A stretch of DNA of 64,000 nt from an uncultured virus (IMG/VR IMGVR_UViG_3300010003_000012) (IMGVR_UViG_3300010003_000012); one strand, 5' to 3'. Counted from the first letter of the stretch, positions 10,055-20,316 are shown. Notes: generated by a model not told the origin, from the letters alone. Made by a program: numbers and translations.

Positions 10055-10327
10055 TTATACAGGTCTTAATCCGATTGGTCGTCCTAAGATACTGGCAATC
10101 TCAATGGCATCCTGAAGAGTGATTGCGTAGTCAGTGACATATTCATCATGCTCATTGACAAGATCAAGAACACATTCTGGATCACCCGTATTTTCGATAA
10201 AATCTTCCTTAATGGTTTCGAAAAGCGTTCGTGTCCGATCCTCGTCTCCAATGTTCAGCGAGAGAAGTGCTTTAAACGAATCCTCTTCAACCTTAGTGAT
10301 AATTAAACCCCATGTGTTCTGCGTCAT
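10055..10327 (-). CDS. Hypothetical protein
   Basis: Co-oriented ORF with RBS. Confidence 0.65.
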   Translation of the reverse strand: MTQNTWGLIITKVEEDSFKALLSLNIGDEDRTRTLFETIKEDFIENTGDPECVLDLVNEHDEYVTDYAITLQDAIEIASILGRPIGLRPV

Positions 10328-10342
10328 CCCTAAAACCCTCTC

Positions 10343-10786
10343 TTATCTAATTCGAATGTATGCGCCTTCGAGTTGATATCCTCGTCCAAGCTCAGTCGAA
10401 TAGTAATCTCCCGTAACATGATCAAACTCAACCGAAGTAATCAACCAATATGGTTCATCATATGCATCTGATCGATAAAGTATCTCGCAAGTAAATCCTG
10501 AGCTAAGCTTGGCTCCGCCCTCTTTGATTTGATACTTCCCATCTTCGCCCTTAGACAGCGTCCCATGCTCAATGACAGGCTTGTTGAGGTATTCAATCCG
10601 ATACTTTACATTCTCTAATTCTTCGAGAGCATTCTTTAGCTCTGATTGGATAAGATCTTCATCCATATTCTCATCATTGTAAGAGATGTTGTCTCCATTG
10701 GCACCGAGAGCTGAGAGTCTGCCCATCACCCTGCTCAGCTCATCTGATACCATTTTATAAGCTTCGTCATATCGAATCGTTGTCAT
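10343..10786 (-). CDS. DUF5348-like protein
   Basis: C-terminal G.L....GKY....LSSG..CEIL....W..TSVE....YY pattern. Confidence 0.55.
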   Translation of the reverse strand: MTTIRYDEAYKMVSDELSRVMGRLSALGANGDNISYNDENMDEDLIQSELKNALEELENVKYRIEYLNKPVIEHGTLSKGEDGKYQIKEGGAKLSSGFTCEILYRSDAYDEPYWLITSVEFDHVTGDYYSTELGRGYQLEGAYIRIR

Positions 10787-11154
10787 TCGGCTTGTCTCCC
10801 GTCAATATAATCGTATCCACGCCAAGGCTTTCCGCTATCCTTGTACTCTTGGTAAAGTCTCCACCAACCGTATGGATTGTGAGGACTGTAGTAATCCTGC
10901 TGTAAGATCGACTTGCTTTCGACGTCTTGGTACTTCTCTAGATATTCTTCTGCAATCTTGAACGCCTCTGACAAGTCTTCTTTACGAATCTCAATGTCAC
11001 ACATATCAAGTCTTCCGCTATATGTCACATGTACTCTGTAGAACCCCATCATGCGTTCAACATATGAGGAGACATTGCCTCGTCTCTGTTGATAGTAGTG
11101 CCACTTATTTGTGTAAAACCAACCTTCTTGTTGTGAATGCCCCCAAATAAACAT
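10783..11154 (-). CDS. Hypothetical protein
   Basis: ORF coupled to the downstream gene by an ATGA overlap. Confidence 0.65.
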   Translation of the reverse strand: MFIWGHSQQEGWFYTNKWHYYQQRRGNVSSYVERMMGFYRVHVTYSGRLDMCDIEIRKEDLSEAFKIAEEYLEKYQDVESKSILQQDYYSPHNPYGWWRLYQEYKDSGKPWRGYDYIDGRQAE

Positions 11155-11192
11155 CTAGATCATTTCCCCTTTATAATTGAATTCACTTTATT

Positions 11193-11834
11193 TTACTTGA
11201 TAAAGCCGAATTCACGAAGCTCTTCTTCAGTAATCTTTAATGCTTTCAGTGTGTCATTCGTATTTGAGAAGACAGTAGCATATTGAATTGCCAGTTTCTT
11301 AGCTCTTCTAGTGTCCTTCTGCTTTCTACCGTGAGCAATGATTCCTTTCAACATTGACACCAACTCTTCTTTTGGAAGCGTGAGTTGAACAAGTGTTTCA
11401 GGAGCATCATCGTAATTAGGATACTTCTCACTTATTTCAATCGCAGACAATCGCTCTCTATTCGTAAGCTCCATTGAGTCCGACAGGCTAGTCAATAACC
11501 ATTGGTCTCCATCAAGACGACGACTGATGTAGTAAAGGATATGAGGATACTTCTTAAACATCACCTTCACATAGGCTTTCACCTCTGGAATCTCATACAG
11601 TTCGTCCGCAACATCATCGTATCCACCACACATTAAAAGAATTGAATCATACAACCCTTTACCGACCTGATTAGCCGTATTCATCAAGTTGTCAATTCCT
11701 TCAAAGTTCTGACTCAAGATCTCTTCTTTAGTGATCTCGTAATTGATAAGTGGTTCTCCTCCCGAAGCAATAATCTTTCTCAGCTCTTTTGCAGTAGGAT
11801 TCACAAAGTTTTGAAATTGATTCAAGTAAAACAT
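11193..11834 (-). CDS. CRR6/DUF1817-like domain protein
   Basis: GYDD..DELYEIPEVK motif; own promoter TTGACT-17-TACTAT upstream. Confidence 0.5.
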   Translation of the reverse strand: MFYLNQFQNFVNPTAKELRKIIASGGEPLINYEITKEEILSQNFEGIDNLMNTANQVGKGLYDSILLMCGGYDDVADELYEIPEVKAYVKVMFKKYPHILYYISRRLDGDQWLLTSLSDSMELTNRERLSAIEISEKYPNYDDAPETLVQLTLPKEELVSMLKGIIAHGRKQKDTRRAKKLAIQYATVFSNTNDTLKALKITEEELREFGFIK

Positions 11835-11894
11835 CCCCTCTCTTAACTACTTATATAGTATTACAGTAGAAAAGCAAAGTCAAGCCAAAACAGA

Positions 11895-11931
11895 GAAAAA
11901 GGAGCCTTGTTTTTCAACTTGGCTCCTTTCT
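11895..11931 (-). terminator. Intrinsic terminator after the Nudix-fold gene
   Basis: AAAGGAGCC...GGCTCCTTT stem followed by a T-run on the minus strand. Confidence 0.65.
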
Positions 11932-11933
11932 TC

Positions 11934-12602
11934 TTACATCATGTCAACGACAATCTTACCCCAGTTTTCAAGCTTCTCATAGACCTCTTTGGACTTAAGC
12001 TCTTCTAATGATAGCCATGATCCAGACAACTGTTCAGTTTCCTTAACGAAAACAGAATCCGTAAATTCTAGATCAATTACACCGAGAATACCTAAGTGTA
12101 CTTGACCGACCTCGTCAGAGTCATCATTGATTAGACCTAGCGTCTTGATTGATACTTTGCCATTGATCTCGAGTTCCTCTTCAAGTTCACGCATCGTATT
12201 GACTTCAAGAACCTTCTTAAAAGGATAGATGTTCTTTTCAAGAGGATTCATGTGTCCGCCTGCACCCATGGCAAGCTTGCCATGCAAACGTGCTTCTCCG
12301 CCACCAGACAGTCGTTGAGTAACATAGAAGAATTGCTCTCCTTGGAACTGTTTACGAATTACAATATACGGGATCGGCTGTTTGAAGTTCATTGCTAATT
12401 CAGCATTTTCAACTCCGTCAACTAGACCCTCTTCACGAGACCCACGACGCATTGTCCGGAAGAACCGATCAACGTTTTCCATGATCTTATCAACTGATTC
12501 AGAGTCATTGTTTAATCCTTGGAAAGTGAGAGACTCATTTTCGAATAGCGCTTCCCGAGATGCTACCAAGATTACTTCGTCTTCTTTTTTGAATGTTGTC
12601 AT
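11934..12602 (-). CDS. Nudix-fold phosphoesterase (YmaB-like)
   Basis: KQPIPYIVI, GEARLHGKL.MG.GGHMN, RELEEEL, GLINDD..EVGQVHLG. Confidence 0.82.
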   Translation of the reverse strand: MTTFKKEDEVILVASREALFENESLTFQGLNNDSESVDKIMENVDRFFRTMRRGSREEGLVDGVENAELAMNFKQPIPYIVIRKQFQGEQFFYVTQRLSGGGEARLHGKLAMGAGGHMNPLEKNIYPFKKVLEVNTMRELEEELEINGKVSIKTLGLINDDSDEVGQVHLGILGVIDLEFTDSVFVKETEQLSGSWLSLEELKSKEVYEKLENWGKIVVDMM

Positions 12603-12638
12603 TTTAAACCCTCCATTTTAATTTGCAATAGTTTTGTT

Positions 12639-13214
12639 TTAGTAAAGTGGATCATTTTTAACTTTTTTCAATTCGTCGAGTACTTCATCCCATTCATAGA
12701 AGCCTTTGCCACCAGTTAAGTCAAGGCAAGTTCCATAAACGTACTGGTTGATACCAAGAGAGCGTCGATCGCCTTCTTCATCCTTACCTGCACCTTCAAA
12801 TCGACGAATGTCTTCGTAGTGAGGATAGACCTTTTGAGCCTCAACCTTTTCAACGAGTTCTAGAATCTTATTTAATGCTTCTGAGTTTGAATCCTCATCA
12901 GATACAATCTCAATAATCTGCTTTGCCAAGTCCTTACGACCTTTTACTTGACCCAATTCAACTAAGGTGCCAAGAGCGAACGGTTGTGGCTCAATGACAA
13001 TGACGTCACTTGATTCGATTGCATCCGTGTCAGCTTTGACGATCCGCTCTGCAAGTCCTTCATTGCTGACTTTTGACTTGTCATTGATATCCTTGTTATC
13101 CATAGGATTGTAAAAGGCAAGACCGATTTCCTTAATCTGTTCTCGTTCCTGCGCACGTAATAACTGCGATGCTTTTGGCAACATATCTCCTGCTAAATAT
13201 ACCTTTTTACTCAT
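12639..13214 (-). CDS. Nucleoside 2-deoxyribosyltransferase-family protein
   Basis: KVYLAG, FYNP, D.DAI..SD, GTLVELG, INQYVYG motifs. Confidence 0.82.
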   Translation of the reverse strand: MSKKVYLAGDMLPKASQLLRAQEREQIKEIGLAFYNPMDNKDINDKSKVSNEGLAERIVKADTDAIESSDVIVIEPQPFALGTLVELGQVKGRKDLAKQIIEIVSDEDSNSEALNKILELVEKVEAQKVYPHYEDIRRFEGAGKDEEGDRRSLGINQYVYGTCLDLTGGKGFYEWDEVLDELKKVKNDPLY

Positions 13215-13234
13215 GTTGAAAACCCTCTCTGATT

Positions 13235-13474
13235 TTAAATGTATTCTAAATGGTCTTTATTGATGTTTTGGAAAACTCCGCTAGATCGATGTTCCTCATC
13301 GAGAGGAATACACTTCATCATTTGAGTACCTACTGGAGAGAAGTCGCTATTGCCGACTACTAAGACTTTGTCTCCTACCGGAAAATAATGATAGCGGAAA
13401 TCCTCGTCATTGCGATCCGTCAGTACCTTTGCTACCGGATACTCTTCTTTAGTTGCTCTGTGTTTTTTGCCCAT
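13235..13474 (-). CDS. Hypothetical protein, paralog of the next gene
   Basis: YHYFPVGDKV...DHLEYI. Confidence 0.65.
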   Translation of the reverse strand: MGKKHRATKEEYPVAKVLTDRNDEDFRYHYFPVGDKVLVVGNSDFSPVGTQMMKCIPLDEEHRSSGVFQNINKDHLEYI

Positions 13475-13490
13475 GATGAAACTCCCTCTC

Positions 13491-13727
13491 TTAAATAAAC
13501 TTTAAATGATCTTCTAATACCGTTTGGTAATACGTTCCATATGCACCGTCGTCATACGGATAGCACTTCGAGCCTTTTTTTACTCGTACTTTTGTTCCGA
13601 TAGGAAGGTAGTGATACACAGTGTCTTCTCCATCAAATTTGTTTTCAATTACGATTGCTAGGTTAGAACGATCCTCTACGATTGCGCCCTGCTTCTTCAG
13701 AGCTTTTTTACGCTGTCGCTTGTTCAT
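13491..13727 (-). CDS. Hypothetical protein, paralog of the previous gene
   Basis: YHYLPIGTKV...DHLKFI; TAATG coupling to the upstream gene. Confidence 0.65.
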   Translation of the reverse strand: MNKRQRKKALKKQGAIVEDRSNLAIVIENKFDGEDTVYHYLPIGTKVRVKKGSKCYPYDDGAYGTYYQTVLEDHLKFI

Positions 13728-13981
13728 TACGATTCCTCCAGTTGCGCATACATAGGAGTTAACTCTCCGTGCCATGCGTTTAAGATATTGTAATCAAAGT
13801 ACTCTCGTGCTTCCTGATCATCCATTCCATCATTCTCAACAAGGACTTGAATACATTTCTCCATGTCATACAGTGGAACGCTAAGCGCTCCACGATGTGC
13901 GACTCCAATCAATGCTTGATCCAGACCAACTGGAAACAATGCCTCTTCTCCTACGATCAATGCTACGTCTTCCCGTGTCAT
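13727..13981 (-). CDS. Conserved phage hypothetical protein
   Basis: GLDQALIGV..YD..KCIQVL..DGM...EAREYFDYN pattern typical of phage ORFs; AAGGAGG RBS. Confidence 0.7.
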   Translation of the reverse strand: MTREDVALIVGEEALFPVGLDQALIGVAHRGALSVPLYDMEKCIQVLVENDGMDDQEAREYFDYNILNAWHGELTPMYAQLEES

Positions 13982-14014
13982 TCTAATCCTCCTTTATATT
14001 GCAATACTTTTGTT

Positions 14015-14335
14015 TTATTGGTTGATGCTAATTTTCATTGAATTAATTGGAGTAAAGGCATGTCGAAGCATCTTGTTGAATAGCTGATACTTAGACCGAT
14101 TCTGCAAACAGAACATTTTTCCACTTGAGACGTTTACCAAGTTGTACCGGAAAGCCTCTTGTCTAGGCTGAAGTGATCGAATAAACGGATCTAGATGATC
14201 ATTGTTTTCTTCATTCACAATCTCTGCTACTACATAAAGATCTTGAGTTCTTTGTTCAAGGAAGAATGCTCCTCCTGTAATTGAATCTTCGCTTAAAACC
14301 TTTTTGTCTTTAAATTCAACATTTAATTTCGTCAT
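14015..14335 (-). CDS. Hypothetical protein
   Basis: AAGGGG RBS, co-oriented. Confidence 0.65.
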   Translation of the reverse strand: MTKLNVEFKDKKVLSEDSITGGAFFLEQRTQDLYVVAEIVNEENNDHLDPFIRSLQPRQEAFRYNLVNVSSGKMFCLQNRSKYQLFNKMLRHAFTPINSMKISINQ

Positions 14336-14352
14336 GTTAATCCCCTTTTCTA

Positions 14353-17300
14353 TTATTTACTTTGCAATACACCTTTTCGAACAAGGACAATCTGTCTGAG
14401 CCATAGCTCTTTCTCTGTTGGAGACTTTTGCCAAGATCCATTAATCTTCTTAACCTTTGGCTTGGCTTCTGCATCAATGATTTGAATAACATCTTTCACT
14501 TCGAATGGAGCATCTCCATACATCCGTGGCGCCAGTTTGAACTCACGAACCTCACCAGTAGAGAATTGATATCCTTTACCACGTATATTCGTCTTGTTCT
14601 TGATAACATCTGTAATCATTAAGAAGTTTGGTTGCATCTTAGGATCAATTGTTTCAATGTGACCGAGATATTCAAGCTCTGCTTCACAGGTTTCGACAAG
14701 TGAGAGACTCTCATCTATGAGACTATCTTCGAACTCAGCAAGCTCCTCATAGCGTTCTCGCTTCGTTTTGATCTTGACAGTTTTCTTATATCTCTTTTCG
14801 AACTGCTCATAGATTTCAAGAAGCTTCTTGCTCCCACCGAACTCACTGAAGAATCCGAGTATGATCAAGATTTTCATCTGCTTAGAGTTGACCGGAACAG
14901 GATCTTCGCTCTTAACAACAATTCTAGCTTCTTTCTCTAACTTTTGCAATACTTTTGCTTTATAATTTTCATCATAAAACAGTTGCTGAATGTCTATTGT
15001 TTGACCATCAGTGTCTTCGAAAGAGATAGAGAACTTACTACGATCCTTGATATCAACCAAAAGATCAACGAAACGCTTGTATTTATTGTCTCGCAAGCTA
15101 TACAATCCCTCTGCTACTGCCTCGTTCAAGAACTTGATTGGCTGAATGCCTTGATAAATTGAGTTAGTCTCTTTATCAAACATGTACCCTGCACGAGAAT
15201 ATCGGAACTTGATTCCATTCAAAGAGATACCTTTGGACTTCATGTATTCTACTAATTTAGTAGTCTTGTCCGCCTTCCCGATATTGACGTTCAAGTTGGC
15301 TGTGATAAACTCCAATGGATAGTAGTACCGCAACCATGCGCTTGCATATCCAAGCCAAGAATAAGCATCCGAGTGATTGATACTGAATCCATAGTTACTT
15401 GCATCAAGAATAACTTGGATAAATGGTTCAGAAATCTCTTCCGCTAATACATTTCGAGTTGAGTATTTATGAATCATCGTGTCGATGAATCGATTCTTGA
15501 TTTCAGGAATCAAGCTGTCTAAGAGTTTCTTGTCTTTCTTGCCGATCCCCCGACGAACAAGATCGGCTTCACCGCCAGAGTAACCACAGAACTCAACCAA
15601 GAATTCGATGATTTGCTCTTGGTAAGCTAATCGTCCCATTGAAGGCGCCAAGAACCTGTTGAGAGCCTCGTGTCCATTGTCATAGAACTCTCCTTGACTC
15701 ACCGAGTCACGATAAGAAGCTCCTGCAGGACGGATGATTGCATTCCCTAAAGAGAATAAATCGATATAAGAGAAGTCCGTATGAACCTCTTTGATTCTAT
15801 TGATCGTCTGCTCACTAAACAAGTCCTTGTAAACTTGGTGAGCAAAGTCACCTTCCCACTGGAAGATACCTACGTTGCTCTCCATGACACTCTGCCAAAC
15901 CTTTTCGTCTTCAGAGTCCATGTTTTCCGGAAGAATGTCATCCCAATCCAATCCTGCAAAGTCTACAGTTTGACTGATTAATTCCACCGTATCCAACCCC
16001 AAAACATCAAGTTTCACGTAGTTCTGAGCATCGATTTCTTTCATATTGATTTGAGTCAAAGTAACTGGTAGCTTTGTCTTATTGTCGACTACTGTAATGA
16101 GACCCATATTTTCATCCAAAGGAATAGGAGATACAGCAATTCCACAAGCGTGAGCGCCAATTGATACAATTGTACCCTTAATCAAGTCGACATAATGGAA
16201 TAGTTCCTCATATCGATTGCGGTAGTAATCCTCGTTCTCTTCGACTCCCTTGGCAATCTCGTCCACCTCGTTCAGAGGCATATCTAGTCCTCGAGCGACG
16301 TCTCGAATCGCACTAAGAAGCTCTAACTTATTATAGGTTACGATTTTGGCACAATGAAGCTCTTCATGCTCAGTCAGGTAGTTCTGAATGATATGTCGCT
16401 TAGACGGTTCGTAGTCCGAGTCGATATCGGCAAGACTAATACGCTCTTTCGACATGAATCGTGCAAAGTTTAATTTGCGGTCAATGCTGTTCATTTCAGT
16501 GATGCGCATTAAGTATGCAATGATACTGCCTGAAACTGATCCACGACCCCAACCATAGCGAACGTTATTCTTACGTGCATGAGTCTTAACGTCATCCTCT
16601 AGCAACATATAGTTGATTGCATCATTCGCTTTGTATACATCGTATTCAAGCTGAATCCGCTCTAAGTATGCCTTACGCATCTCAGGAGCAAGCTGATCAA
16701 TCTTTCTATACTTGATTCCCTCAGCAATCTTCTGTTGGAAGACCTTTTCCGGATCATCGTATAACTGAGGATACTTCTTCGTATAGTCAATTTCCCAAGG
16801 CTCAACCAAGTCTGCAATATGATTCGACATCTGCATGGCTTCATGAATCTCTTCGTCCGTGAACGTATCTTGCTCTTGGAACATCTGGAACATCTTCTCA
16901 TAGCTATGCATGCTTAGATCAAACGCATCCTCATCAGTGAATCGGATCTTCTTCGCCTTCTGCAATACTTTACGAGCCTTGTCATATTCAGGTGTAAGCG
17001 CATGTGTGTCAGAACCTGCGACAAGACGAATTCCCGTCTCTTTAGATAGCTTTAAAAGCAATCGATTAAGCTGAATCTGTTCAATGTGTCGATGAGGCTG
17101 TACTTCGAAGAACGCACGGTGCTTATTCTTCGCAAACCATGCAACTACTTCTTCAAGCCGGATATGAGAGTATTCACTATCTGCACGGTTTTTATGAAGT
17201 TGCCAGATGATTCCGCCCAGACAAGCAGTCGAGATGATGATGTTGTCAGAAGTATTCTGGATGTCTTCCCAAGAGATACGGGGATTGTAGTAGTAGTTAT

Positions 17301-17673
17301 TGCCCTTACGATCGAATCCGGTAGAAACCATCTTGTTGAGTTCCTTGAATCCCTCGTAATTCTTCGCAATCAATACCATATGGAAGTTGTCTCGCTTCTT
17401 CTCTTCGAGTGTCATCGTTACATATACCTCGCAACCATGAATATACTTCAATCCCTTAGACTCGGCATACATCTTCTTGTTATACCAAGACAGGACGTTT
17501 CCGTGTTCCGTAAATGTGATTGCCTTCATCCCGAGTTCAACGGCTCGGTCAATGTATTGTCGATAGTTATTTACTACCTCTACCATGTTCTGATTTGATA
17601 GATCAGTATGCAAATGGATTGGAGTGTAATAAAGTACTTTCAAATTCCCATATAAGATTTCAGTTGCTGTCAT
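14353..17673 (-). CDS. dnaE: DNA polymerase III alpha subunit (DnaE family, YorL-like)
   Basis: PHP domain HLHTD.S/TEHG/DTH; GRGS.SGS; DIDSD; HACG; KLDVLGL; YGFSINHS. Confidence 0.95.
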   Translation of the reverse strand: MTATEILYGNLKVLYYTPIHLHTDLSNQNMVEVVNNYRQYIDRAVELGMKAITFTEHGNVLSWYNKKMYAESKGLKYIHGCEVYVTMTLEEKKRDNFHMVLIAKNYEGFKELNKMVSTGFDRKGNNYYYNPRISWEDIQNTSDNIIISTACLGGIIWQLHKNRADSEYSHIRLEEVVAWFAKNKHRAFFEVQPHRHIEQIQLNRLLLKLSKETGIRLVAGSDTHALTPEYDKARKVLQKAKKIRFTDEDAFDLSMHSYEKMFQMFQEQDTFTDEEIHEAMQMSNHIADLVEPWEIDYTKKYPQLYDDPEKVFQQKIAEGIKYRKIDQLAPEMRKAYLERIQLEYDVYKANDAINYMLLEDDVKTHARKNNVRYGWGRGSVSGSIIAYLMRITEMNSIDRKLNFARFMSKERISLADIDSDYEPSKRHIIQNYLTEHEELHCAKIVTYNKLELLSAIRDVARGLDMPLNEVDEIAKGVEENEDYYRNRYEELFHYVDLIKGTIVSIGAHACGIAVSPIPLDENMGLITVVDNKTKLPVTLTQINMKEIDAQNYVKLDVLGLDTVELISQTVDFAGLDWDDILPENMDSEDEKVWQSVMESNVGIFQWEGDFAHQVYKDLFSEQTINRIKEVHTDFSYIDLFSLGNAIIRPAGASYRDSVSQGEFYDNGHEALNRFLAPSMGRLAYQEQIIEFLVEFCGYSGGEADLVRRGIGKKDKKLLDSLIPEIKNRFIDTMIHKYSTRNVLAEEISEPFIQVILDASNYGFSINHSDAYSWLGYASAWLRYYYPLEFITANLNVNIGKADKTTKLVEYMKSKGISLNGIKFRYSRAGYMFDKETNSIYQGIQPIKFLNEAVAEGLYSLRDNKYKRFVDLLVDIKDRSKFSISFEDTDGQTIDIQQLFYDENYKAKVLQKLEKEARIVVKSEDPVPVNSKQMKILIILGFFSEFGGSKKLLEIYEQFEKRYKKTVKIKTKRERYEELAEFEDSLIDESLSLVETCEAELEYLGHIETIDPKMQPNFLMITDVIKNKTNIRGKGYQFSTGEVREFKLAPRMYGDAPFEVKDVIQIIDAEAKPKVKKINGSWQKSPTEKELWLRQIVLVRKGVLQSK

Positions 17674-17694
17674 TGTGCTTCCCCTATCCTGTCT

Positions 17695-17847
17695 TTAATC
17701 CTTGATCCGGCTCTTCAGCTCGGCTTTAACCTCATCGACTTCTCGATAATGCTTTGGTAAATCAGTATTCATAACGTTACATGTCTTAGAGCATAGCTCC
17801 GCTAGCTTTTCGACAAGTACAGCCGTTGATAGATTCTTAATTGCCAT
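17695..17847 (-). CDS. Small hypothetical protein (50 aa, not in the ORF track)
   Basis: ATG 17847 after GAGGGTG, MAIKNLSTAVLVEKLAELC...KD*; fills the gap before dnaE. Confidence 0.55.
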   Translation of the reverse strand: MAIKNLSTAVLVEKLAELCSKTCNVMNTDLPKHYREVDEVKAELKSRIKD

Positions 17848-18271
17848 CTTTATCACCCTCTACAATCTTTTTCAAGTCTTCCACAATGTTTCCAAGCTCG
17901 AATCCTTTAACCAGAACTAGCTCTCCGGCACGTCCGCACCAGTCTTCCCAGTTCTCATAGAGATCGATTTTGTAAATTTGCTGAGACTCTTTCGCCTTCT
18001 TGCCGACCATCTTTCCACCAAAATGCTTCTTGATGAGCTTCACGACGTCTCGTTGGTCAAGTGAGAAGGAATGATCCATCTCGTGTCCCAAGAACTGAAT
18101 GGAGGCAACGAGCATCTGCATGTTCTCAGGAGCGATATTAACTGAAACAAAGGCGTCAAACGGTATGATGTCGTAGAAATGACTAATCTTATAAACGAAC
18201 TTCTCTTCTCCGTAAATCGTAGAAAGCTCCTGAATACGGGCAACTGCCTGATCTCGCTTTTCTCTCTGCAT
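17837..18271 (-). CDS. Hypothetical protein
   Basis: AAGGAG RBS. Confidence 0.7.
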   Translation of the reverse strand: MQREKRDQAVARIQELSTIYGEEKFVYKISHFYDIIPFDAFVSVNIAPENMQMLVASIQFLGHEMDHSFSLDQRDVVKLIKKHFGGKMVGKKAKESQQIYKIDLYENWEDWCGRAGELVLVKGFELGNIVEDLKKIVEGDKDGN

Positions 18272-18288
18272 GCTGTATCGCTCCTTCG

Positions 18289-18549
18289 TTAATTGAGTTG
18301 ATCCAAGACGACTTCTTTCAGCTTCCAGTTGACGATGCCGTAATGAGTAATGGCTTCGACCCCCATTTGTCGTTTCGTTTCTTCCTGATCATCGTAGAAA
18401 TCATCCTTCGTAAAGCTCCCTGCTTTGCTCAGGTCTTCCCAAAGATATGTTTCGTCGATTTCTAACACATTCATATTCGCTATGGCACGAAGGTGAATTG
18501 AGATCTCTTTGCGAGATGGATTTGTGGCTAAAAATTCTTCGATAGTCAT
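18289..18549 (-). CDS. Hypothetical protein
   Basis: ATG 18549 after AGGAGG. Confidence 0.7.
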   Translation of the reverse strand: MTIEEFLATNPSRKEISIHLRAIANMNVLEIDETYLWEDLSKAGSFTKDDFYDDQEETKRQMGVEAITHYGIVNWKLKEVVLDQLN

Positions 18550-18590
18550 TTGTATTCCTCCTATTAATTGCAATACTTTTGTTTAAATGA

Positions 18591-18884
18591 TTACTTTTTA
18601 GATTTGAACAGATTGACGACGTTGTTGACGAATGACTTAGGTTTCGACGTTCCGACCTTTGTCTTACCTGTTGTAATAAGATTAGCTTTTTGAAGATCAA
18701 AGTGTTGAGAAAAAGTAGGATCTGCTACTTGCCAAAAACCTTCTCCATAGCTACTTCCATGAACCCAGTAACCTTCCAAATTACCTGACTCTGAGATTTC
18801 CTTCTGATACGAATACTCTTTATCTTTTACAAATACAGTTTTACCACCGTATACGACGTTTTCGATACATGTTAATTTATTCAT
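18591..18884 (-). CDS. Hypothetical protein
   Basis: Coupled to the upstream gene (ATGA overlap). Confidence 0.65.
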   Translation of the reverse strand: MNKLTCIENVVYGGKTVFVKDKEYSYQKEISESGNLEGYWVHGSSYGEGFWQVADPTFSQHFDLQKANLITTGKTKVGTSKPKSFVNNVVNLFKSKK

Positions 18885-20239
18885 GATGCTAGCTCCTTTG
18901 GTAATGATAGATTAAATTTCTTGGCAAAATCGATTAAAGCAACCATTTCTTCTCGCTTGGGAGCGTCATTCATCTTCCCTCGAGCCTGAACTATTCTTTC
19001 ACCCTGTATCTCGACAGTAATGAGTGGAGTCTCGGCTTCTCGACGGAGGAATAGAATCTTTGACTTCCCTTTTCTAACTTTATGGACATAGCTTGCTACA
19101 CAGTGACCGAGAATGTTGCCCTCTTTTACGAGGTCTTCCGGAGCTTTGGGAGCCACGATTAAATGATCCTCGCTCTTGAATTCAAACGCCTTATGCGATT
19201 CGATCTCTTGATTCCACTGACGCAGTTGAATATCTGACAGACTAAGTTGATAGTTTCTGCCTACGATATCGTGTGTTGTACGAAGATATTTTGGATACTT
19301 ATCATAATTCTCTAGACCCATATCCTTAACCATATCTAGATAATCGTGAAGATTTAACAAGGCATTCTTGGCTCCAAGACCCTGAGATACTTCGCACTCA
19401 AAGTAGATGTACCGAATGAGTCTTTTGAGTGACAGTCCGAATTTCTGTGCAACATCTCTTGCTGTATGTTGAGACCATTTTCCATACATTGTTTCGATTT
19501 CTATATTGACGAATACTTCCATGACTTCAAGACCATATTCGTCCTCTAAGGACTCTGCATACTTGATAAGAGACAGCGCCTTAGAATCCTTTATATTGTC
19601 TTCGGCAGATCTTGATAAATTGTATTGATTTACAGAATAGTTTCTAAACATCTTCCATCGTGTCTTCGACAACCCCAAGATCTCCATTGGATTTTTCCCT
19701 CTTGGATTTTTGACGTTTAGACCATGATTACTATTCAGGTTGATCCCTGCTTTAAAAAGAATCTCGAAGTAGGAATAGTCAACCATAAGTCGATACAGGA
19801 ATCGACTAAACATCGATCTCTTCTCTACACTCCGCTTCGATAGATAATCATAGGCTTCTTTGTACATCTCAAAGTTGCTTTCGGTGGACACAAAGCCAAG
19901 CATCGTTTCTAGACTAACTAAGTATGATGCGAAGACGGCTTCGATATTCCGTTCACTAAAGTTGACCTCTTTGAGATTCCGCTTGATCCAGTACTCTCGG
20001 GTACGAAGATTGTAGTAGACTTCAGACAGGGTTCCTGAAACGCCTGCACGATAATCATCTGCATTAGGTTCGTGAATGAAGTAGACATGGAATCCGTATT
20101 CCATTATCTCCTTTGCATACATCGTCCCAAATAGCCCACGACGACTATTGATCTTCATACTCTTGTATCCATGATTCTTGATGCGATCTTTCTCTAACTG
20201 AATTGACTCTTTAAGTGTTTTCCCCTTCAACTTAACCAT
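18881..20239 (-). CDS. PcfJ-domain protein
   Basis: DYLDM..YPKYL..HD, then EG..LGHCVASY...ILFLR...LITVE....VQARG..N. Confidence 0.85.
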   Translation of the reverse strand: MVKLKGKTLKESIQLEKDRIKNHGYKSMKINSRRGLFGTMYAKEIMEYGFHVYFIHEPNADDYRAGVSGTLSEVYYNLRTREYWIKRNLKEVNFSERNIEAVFASYLVSLETMLGFVSTESNFEMYKEAYDYLSKRSVEKRSMFSRFLYRLMVDYSYFEILFKAGINLNSNHGLNVKNPRGKNPMEILGLSKTRWKMFRNYSVNQYNLSRSAEDNIKDSKALSLIKYAESLEDEYGLEVMEVFVNIEIETMYGKWSQHTARDVAQKFGLSLKRLIRYIYFECEVSQGLGAKNALLNLHDYLDMVKDMGLENYDKYPKYLRTTHDIVGRNYQLSLSDIQLRQWNQEIESHKAFEFKSEDHLIVAPKAPEDLVKEGNILGHCVASYVHKVRKGKSKILFLRREAETPLITVEIQGERIVQARGKMNDAPKREEMVALIDFAKKFNLSLPKELAS

Positions 20240-20316
20240 TCCTCCATTTAATTTGCAATACTTTCCCTTTAAAATAAATTAAGAAAGTATTGCAAATTTA
20301 TCGTGTTGCTTAATAA

